DNA of 21,870 bases, taken from positions 1 through 21,870 of the forward strand of contig CAXIUT010000158.1 of assembly GCA_964035545.1 (NCBI GenBank), written 5' to 3'. The DNA comes from Bugula neritina (taxonomy: Eukaryota > Animalia > Bryozoa). How positions within the stretch are numbered: position 1 is the first letter of the stretch; every line of letters begins with the position of its first letter. A model generated the notes under the pieces. It saw only the letters and a program-made list of their open reading frames with translations. It was not told the origin of the DNA and made no database searches. Shown in pieces: positions 15,593 through 21,870 of this stretch. Made by a program: the position numbers and the translations under genes.

Positions 15593-17742
15593 TAGTAACG
15601 ATCCCGATGATCCCTGTGTTGTCTTGCACGTCTAAATAAGTAAACGATGATCAATGTCAGAATCAACCAGCCAATGGCAAACAACCAGAAACGGTACTTA
15701 CCAAGTAAGGCTAACCAATCTCGCGCCTCTGGGTAATGCGTTGTTGCAAGTGTTGGTTGTTGACTGTTCATGGTAAACAGCAAACCAGAGCGATCTGCAA
15801 AGGCAACATCATCATGATTCAGGAATAATTTCTTGATATCAGGAAAGCCTTCCTTATTTGTCGAGCGCAACCATAGCCCTTTTTGTTCTTTACTTGTGAC
15901 GAGTTGAGCGATTGTGACATCGGGAAGATCTTCAACTTTGAGTAGCGGAGTTTTGTTGCGATCTATTATCTGTACTTCACCTTGATCAAATTTTACCGGT
16001 GACTCAAGACTGTCTAACTTAAGGTCGCCAATAGCAATAAAAGGTCTCTCAGGTATAACGAGTGAGCCCGTTTCTGAAAATTTAGCTACGCGCGTTTTGA
16101 AAGGCACAGGTAGCCGTGACGTTAAAGCTGATACATAAGGTAAAGAATCAAACGGTACTTCTAAGTAATTTTCTGGCAGATAAATATCAAAATTGTCAGC
16201 AAAATATACGGGTAGTTCAGAAAAGAACTTAGGTTCACTTTGGTCACGCTCAACTATAAGTGAACTGTCAGGAAGAATCTGTACAGGAAAAGCGGCTAAA
16301 TCGGCTCGGCAATCTCCTTGAGGGTCTATATTATGAACCTGGATTTGAATTCGGTTATAAGGTTCTTGATAGTTTAGTGGCAAAGGAATAGAAATTTCCT
16401 GACGGGTTTGACCATCAACCAGACGAGTTGCGTAGATCATAATGTCGTTTAAATAAACGTATAATTCAAACGGTGGTTTTTCCGGCGGTGGCGGTGCCAT
16501 GATATTCAGGAATAATCGATTTGGTCTTGTACCCGCAGGGATACGGAACGGATCTAACACTAGATTCCACTTGAGATTAGATCGAACATAACGCGTAGAG
16601 GTGTCAGCCCCTAAATCCGCCAGTTTTATCTCAAGGGTATTTTCAACAGCAGGTATACTGCCAAGGCCGCTGAGGTTATCAGCATAGTCAACAGTAAAAG
16701 ACTTATATTGTCCGTTTATGCCTAATTTACGCCAGGGGTTATTCATCAACTGAAAAGCGCCGGTCTGTTGAGGATCAAGAATAGCGATCAGGCTACGCAC
16801 AGGGCTTTTCACCAATGCCATGTTGGAAGTCTTGATATCTTCGCTCAGTGTGTAGCTATTACTTTCCTTATGTTCAAGATCAACAAGTTCTTGCTGGAGT
16901 AGTTGTTCAAGCTCAGTATGTTTTGCCACAACGATATGGCCAATTGCGGGAAATTTTACGACTTCAACTTCTTTTCCCTGGCGTTTGAGGTTGTCTAATA
17001 ATTCCCACGCAGCATTAAATTCCGCTGGGTTAAATTCACGATCAGGGATAGATAATGAGATCTTGCGAGGCATGAGAGTCCAGGCGTCGCGTAGAGAACC
17101 TACTTCACCTGAGTAATGCATGGTGAATGTTGATTCCGGATCAATATGTAAATTACTGCCATTTACACGTGAATCTAAACAACGATCTTCCGAGATGGGT
17201 AGTGCTGCACGAACAACAAGGCGCACGCTGCCATTACGTAAATATCTTTTTGGTATATCAGCAATTAATAGCTGATCTATTCCTTTTGAACTAAGGCGAA
17301 CTTGTTCAAGTGGGAAGTTATCAACTGAGAGTTGTAAATTTGCAAGATCATTGAGAAGAGGAGAAATTCGATACTTCAGGTGAATATTTGCATTTTCAAT
17401 GGTCGTATCACTCGGTAGAGGAAAGTCGAGTTTGACCTCGTGTATGGTTTCCGCACCTTCAAAAATAATGCCTTCTTTATAACCTATATCACCGAGTTGT
17501 AACGTAAAGCCATTTAAGTTTTGTTGATCAGCATTGATAAAATCGTTTGATAACAAAAAAGATGGGCTATACATAATGTTGCTGTTGTCTATCAGCATCC
17601 ACGCGGGCTTTGCATTTATAGAAATAGTAGTTTCAGCGTAAGTTGTGGAAAAGTAGCCGGTGAAAATAAAGAATACCAGCGATAAAAAGTAGTGAATGTT
17701 ATTACTAAAATGGATATGAATTTGTGATTTTTTTTGTGACAT
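15592..17742 (-). CDS. BcsB-like periplasmic co-polymerase subunit
   Basis: Signal peptide (..TTYA-E). Two repeats each starting L.D(I/L)G and ending (I/V).I.P(E/D)S, with one Cys in each (EDRCLD, QGDCRA). C-terminal TM anchor FWLFAIGWLILTLIIVYLF followed by RRARQH. Lies directly upstream of a GT2 synthase. GGGAG RBS. Confidence 0.75.
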   Translation of the reverse strand: MSQKKSQIHIHFSNNIHYFLSLVFFIFTGYFSTTYAETTISINAKPAWMLIDNSNIMYSPSFLLSNDFINADQQNLNGFTLQLGDIGYKEGIIFEGAETIHEVKLDFPLPSDTTIENANIHLKYRISPLLNDLANLQLSVDNFPLEQVRLSSKGIDQLLIADIPKRYLRNGSVRLVVRAALPISEDRCLDSRVNGSNLHIDPESTFTMHYSGEVGSLRDAWTLMPRKISLSIPDREFNPAEFNAAWELLDNLKRQGKEVEVVKFPAIGHIVVAKHTELEQLLQQELVDLEHKESNSYTLSEDIKTSNMALVKSPVRSLIAILDPQQTGAFQLMNNPWRKLGINGQYKSFTVDYADNLSGLGSIPAVENTLEIKLADLGADTSTRYVRSNLKWNLVLDPFRIPAGTRPNRLFLNIMAPPPPEKPPFELYVYLNDIMIYATRLVDGQTRQEISIPLPLNYQEPYNRIQIQVHNIDPQGDCRADLAAFPVQILPDSSLIVERDQSEPKFFSELPVYFADNFDIYLPENYLEVPFDSLPYVSALTSRLPVPFKTRVAKFSETGSLVIPERPFIAIGDLKLDSLESPVKFDQGEVQIIDRNKTPLLKVEDLPDVTIAQLVTSKEQKGLWLRSTNKEGFPDIKKLFLNHDDVAFADRSGLLFTMNSQQPTLATTHYPEARDWLALLGKYRFWLFAIGWLILTLIIVYLFRRARQHRDHRDRY

Positions 17743-17877
17743 TTCTGACTCCCCTCGATAGCCTTCACCCAGAATACTACCACTTTATTTGTGAGATCGT
17801 ATTTTTAGCAGTAGATCCTCTGTAAAAAGAAGTAAATTTCACTAAAGAAGATGATTAAAATCAATACGTTTTTTAGG

Positions 17878-17906
17878 TTTCAAAGCTGACCGATCCCTCG
17901 TATAAT
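17878..17906 (+). promoter_or_regulatory. Putative sigma70 promoter of the ndk operon
   Basis: Perfect TATAAT at 17901-17906, with a weak -35 (TTTCAA, 17878-17883) at 17-nt spacing. GGAG at 17951-17954. Confidence 0.55.
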
Positions 17907-17966
17907 CCCCGACGGCTTTTCTTTAACACTTTTTAAGACCGAATTACCCTGGAGATGGACAAGTAA

Positions 17967-18395
17967 ATGAGCATTGAGCGAACGCTTTCGATTATTAAGC
18001 CTAACGCAGTAAAAGATCGACATATTGGCGAGATTTATCATCGATTTGAAAGAAATGGGCTGACCGTCGTGGCAGCGAAAATGATGCACCTGACTGAAGC
18101 GCAGGCAAAGGAATTTTATGAGGTACATAAAGATCGATCTTTTTACGATTATTTGATCGAATTTATGATCTCAGCTCCAGTGATGATTCAGGTTCTTGAA
18201 GGTGAGTCAGCCATCAAGCGATATCGAACTTTGATGGGTAAAACAGATCCGGCAGAAGCCAACCCCGGAACGATTCGTGCGGAGTTTGCACAATCTGCTG
18301 CACACAATGCAGTTCATGGCTCAGATGCGCCCGAAACTGCTGAAGCGGAGATCAATTTCTTCTTTAAACCAGAAGAAATCGTCACTCGATATTAA
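17967..18395 (+). CDS. ndk: Nucleoside diphosphate kinase
   Basis: [48 protein letters not shown] (catalytic His). Confidence 0.98.
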   Translation: MSIERTLSIIKPNAVKDRHIGEIYHRFERNGLTVVAAKMMHLTEAQAKEFYEVHKDRSFYDYLIEFMISAPVMIQVLEGESAIKRYRTLMGKTDPAEANPGTIRAEFAQSAAHNAVHGSDAPETAEAEINFFFKPEEIVTRY

Positions 18396-18401
18396 TTCAC
18401 T

Positions 18402-19502
18402 ATGGAAGATCGAATAAACCTACTCGATCTAGACCGTAAAGCAATGATTCGGTTTTTTGCTGATCTGGGCGAAAAACCGTTTCGTGCAAACCAAGTGTTG
18501 AAATGGATCCATCAGGCAGGTGTTTCTGATCTTGATGAGATGACGAATTTAAGTAAGGCACTACGTGCGAAGCTTCAAGATCTGGTTTACATAAAACCAC
18601 CAAGCATAAAGCATGAGCAAATCTCAAAAGACGGTACACGAAAGTGGTTGCTTGAGATTGATGGCAAGAATTCAGTTGAGGCGGTTTTTATTCCTGAAAA
18701 TAGTCGTGGAACACTTTGTGTTTCATCCCAGGTTGGGTGCCCTCTCGACTGTAAATTTTGTTCTACTGGCCAGCAGGGTTTTAATAAAAACCTGTCTGTG
18801 GGGGAAATTATTGGACAGGTTTGGCAAGCGAATAAACAATTAGGCTGGAACTTTGAAGGTCGTCAACCCATCACAAATGTTGTAATGATGGGAATGGGTG
18901 AACCGATGATGAACTTTGAAAATGTGGTTGCGGCGATGGATCTGATGATGGATGATTTTGCCTATGGGTTAAGTCGTCGACGTGTGACTTTGAGCACATC
19001 TGGCATCGTTCCTGCAATTGATCAACTAAAACAGGTAAGCCCTGTCAGCTTAGCTATTTCATTACATGCTCCAAATAATGAAATCCGCGAGAAGATCATG
19101 CCGATTAATAAAACCTATCCAATTGAGGATTTGCTTGAAGCTTGTCGTCGTTTTACCAATGTTGATGAATCCCATAATCATATTACCTTTGAATATGTTA
19201 TGTTGGATGGTATTAATGACAGTGTTGAAAACGCGCGTGAATTGGTCAAGCGGCTGAAAGGGATCCCTTCTAAAATTAATTTGATCCCATTTAACCCGTT
19301 TCCTGGATCAGGATTTAAATGTTCATCAAAGCCAACAATCGATCGTTTTCGATCAATTTTAATCGATGCTGGTTTAGTGACCGTCACACGAAAAACGCGT
19401 GGAGATGATATTGATGCGGCATGTGGGCAGCTAGCTGGTCAGGTCACTGCAAAGGCAGAACGCATTAGACGTGGTAGAGGTTCTCACGGAGAAGCCGCAT
19501 GA
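18402..19502 (+). CDS. rlmN: Dual-specificity 23S rRNA (A2503)/tRNA (A37) C2-methyltransferase RlmN
   Basis: Radical-SAM CVSSQVGCPLDCKFCSTG, MGMGEP, SLHAP, NLIPFNP, RGDDIDAACGQL. Follows ndk. Confidence 0.98.
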   Translation: MEDRINLLDLDRKAMIRFFADLGEKPFRANQVLKWIHQAGVSDLDEMTNLSKALRAKLQDLVYIKPPSIKHEQISKDGTRKWLLEIDGKNSVEAVFIPENSRGTLCVSSQVGCPLDCKFCSTGQQGFNKNLSVGEIIGQVWQANKQLGWNFEGRQPITNVVMMGMGEPMMNFENVVAAMDLMMDDFAYGLSRRRVTLSTSGIVPAIDQLKQVSPVSLAISLHAPNNEIREKIMPINKTYPIEDLLEACRRFTNVDESHNHITFEYVMLDGINDSVENARELVKRLKGIPSKINLIPFNPFPGSGFKCSSKPTIDRFRSILIDAGLVTVTRKTRGDDIDAACGQLAGQVTAKAERIRRGRGSHGEAA

Positions 19503-20265
19503 AATCCCTAAACACAATTAGTCTTTTTATCCTACTTGCCTTACTTGGCGCATGTACTACAAATCAAACCACAGGTTCACCAACGACTGTGGCTGAAGAC
19601 CCTAAGCGTGCAGCTGAACTAAATCTTGAGCTTGGCTTGGCGTATATGGAAAGAAATGACAACGAAAAAGCGTTAAACAAATTACTAAAGTCGATCAAAA
19701 TTGATCCACAGTTTGCAAATGCACACAATGCACTGGGTATTCTCTATTCCCGTTTGGGTGAAGATGACAAAGCAGGAAATCACTTTAAAAGGGCCGTAAA
19801 TCTGGCACCACAAGATCCTCGTGCACTGAATAATTATGGACAATATTTATGTAGTCATAATCAGCGTCAAGAGGCGGATAAGATGTTTGCACGCGCTGTA
19901 GCAAACCCACTCTACCAAACGCCAGAGTTTGCTTATCTAAACGCCGGAATTTGCGCAAAGGATAACCAGGATTTAGAACAAGCAGAAATCCACCTTCGAG
20001 CCGCCCTCAACGAAAACCCAATGGCTCCAGCATTGTTCCAGATGGCAGAATTGAGTTATGACTTGGGAGATATTTACCTGCTCGTGGTTATATTGAACGT
20101 TATGGATCTGCCGTAAAACACAGTGCCCGTTCTTTATGGTTGGCGATAAAAATAGAAAAAGCCTTAAGTGATCGTGATGCTGCCGCGAGTTATTCGCTGC
20201 AACTGAAAAAATAATTTTCTGATTCAGAAGAAACCAGATTATTGCTCAAATCGGAGGGCATGTAG
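19499..20265 (+). CDS. pilW: Type IV pilus biogenesis/stability TPR lipoprotein PilW/PilF (frameshifted in this sequence)
   Basis: Lipobox LGAC, TPR repeats, ALNNYGQYLC, NPLYQTPE.AYLNAGIC. After about 20070 the protein continues in another frame (YLPARGYIERY..ARSLWLAIKIEKALSD..ASYSLQLK..DSEETRLL) to TAG 20265, with a spurious stop in the A-run near 20210. Confidence 0.9.
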
Positions 20266-21304
20266 TGAATACGGATGTTGATAAGGATCTGAAAACACCG
20301 GGACAGCGACTTAAAGATGCCAGAGAACTAAAGAACTCAGTTTAGGTGTTGTTGCTCAACGCTTACGTTTGAGCGAGCACCAGGTTCAGGCGATTGAAAA
20401 TGATCAACATGATCAGTTCCCCGGCGTTCGCTTATGTAAGAGGGTATATTCGTAGTTATGCCAAGCTTGTAGAGTTAAATTCAGATCAGCTTGTTGAACA
20501 GTTGGAAAAAAGTGCTAAGAGTACGCCTGTTTTAGAACCCTTCGCGAGTCAGCCAGATCAACAAATAGGTAGTGGCGATAAACAGATCAAAGCAGTGACA
20601 TACTCACTAATCGCAACCTTATTGTTGCTTTTGGGTTTGTGGTGGCAGTCTAATCGTTCAACGTCTGAGGTAGCTCCTGAGCTTGCAGTGAGTTCAGATT
20701 TATCAGATGAAAAGAAGACTTGGTGCAACTAAACGAGACTATATCTGAGCCAGAAGTAGTTGAAATTATTCAAACAGAGGTACCCTCAAATGAGGAAGCG
20801 TCTCAAGAAGTGCCTTCTGTATCTGAAAAAGTAGTCGATTTGGAAATTGAACAGGAAGGGCCAAGTGTACTTGAGCACGACTTCCCTGTTGTACAGTTTT
20901 CAGAATTACCAGCACCTCCCGATCAAAACTCTTCAGTTGAAGTATCTTATGAGTCGATAACGACAACAGGTGATGAAACAAATATAGAACAAATACAATC
21001 ACCTTTGACATCTAATGGAGCAGCTGAAGAAGATGTACAAGCATTTGATGATCAACGAATAATTCTACAATTTACCGATGAGTCCTGGGTCGAAATTACT
21101 GATAGTACTGATAAGGTGAGGTTCTCAAGAATTGGAAAGCCAGGTGAAGTTGTGAGTATGACTGGTGGCGCACCTTTTAGTGTCGTTATTGGTAAGGCAT
21201 CTGTTGTTATTATGAATTATCAGGGGAATATTATTGATCTTAATTCTCTCGCGCGCGGAGAAGTTGCTCGTTTTACAATTGACGAAAATGGCGCTCATCG
21301 CTAA
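20265..21304 (+). CDS. rodZ: Cell-shape protein RodZ (split by about 3 frameshifts)
   Basis: GTG at 20265 after GGAGG. Successive frames give [11 protein letters not shown] / [23 protein letters not shown] / [16 protein letters not shown] helix / acidic linker..[24 protein letters not shown]. Canonical position after pilW. Confidence 0.9.
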
Positions 21305-21324
21305 CACACCAGGTATTTTCTACG

Positions 21325-21870
21325 ATGTCTAAATCCCTACAATCCGTCAAAGGAATGAACGATATTCTCCCCGATGAGACAGCGCTCTGGTTATATCTCG
21401 AAGATACAGTCCGCAATGTGTTTGAAAGTTATAGTTATCGACAAATTCGAATGCCAGTCTTGGAGCAAACAGCTTTATTTAAGCGTTCTATCGGAGAGGC
21501 TACCGATATTGTTGAAAAAGAAATGTACACTTTTGAAGATCGCGGTGGTGATAGTCTGACGTTGCGTCCTGAAGGTACGGCTGGAACAGTGCGTGCTGGA
21601 ATGCAGCATGGTTTGTTTCATAATCAGATCCAACGACTTTGGTATATTGGCCCAATGTTCCGTCGGGAACGACCACAAAAAAGGTCGATATCGACAATTC
21701 ACTCAGATTGGCGTCGAAACATTTGGCATGGCGGGTCCAGATATTGATGCAGAACTCATCTTGATGACTGCCCGACTATGGAAGGTGCTTGGCCTTGAAG
21801 GCTTAAGATTGGAATTGAATACACTAGGTACTTCTGAAACTCGGGCTCGATATCGAGAAGATTTGATCAG
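21325..21870 (+). CDS. hisS: Histidine--tRNA ligase (partial, runs off the window; +1 A at 21677-21682)
   Basis: [44 protein letters not shown]. Removing one A restores [26 protein letters not shown], open to the end of the window. Confidence 0.96.

Noticed and set aside
20330-21682. Programmed frameshifting or phase variation in rodZ/hisS
   Set aside because: There are too many independent indels in adjacent core genes, including an essential one. Sequencing error is more parsimonious.
17880-21702. Minus-strand and alternative-frame ORFs over ndk-hisS
   Set aside because: They overlap conserved housekeeping genes and have no independent support.
1-21870. CRISPR arrays, tRNA/rRNA genes, IS elements, prophage genes
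   Set aside because: No regularly spaced repeats, RNA-gene signatures, or transposase, integrase or phage motifs were seen by eye.

Overview
AT-rich gammaproteobacterial chromosomal window in three parts. (1) 1-8400, all on the minus strand, is an accessory region: a lipoprotein, a signal-less avidin-family protein, a sigma28-preceded MCP with a C-terminal extra domain, an FMN glutamate-synthase-family protein, and a run of small unrelated ORFs (YdcF fragment, DUF4344-like peptidase, ABM protein, unknown, HEPN-like). Several of these ORFs are bounded by integron-core-like GTTRRRY/RYYYAAC motifs. (2) 8500-17742 (minus) is a tightly coupled six-gene operon that looks like a non-canonical synthase-dependent exopolysaccharide system: BcsB-like co-polymerase, GT2 synthase with an N-terminal MshEN c-di-GMP module, GT-C-like membrane protein, GH113-like glycosidase, small outer-membrane beta-barrel and an exported CotH-family kinase. 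This is the best candidate for an undescribed system. (3) 17967-end (plus) is the core cluster ndk-rlmN-pilW-rodZ-hisS, without the usual ispG. The last three genes carry several single-base frameshifts that are most likely sequencing errors. All family calls come from motif recognition by eye; no searches were run.
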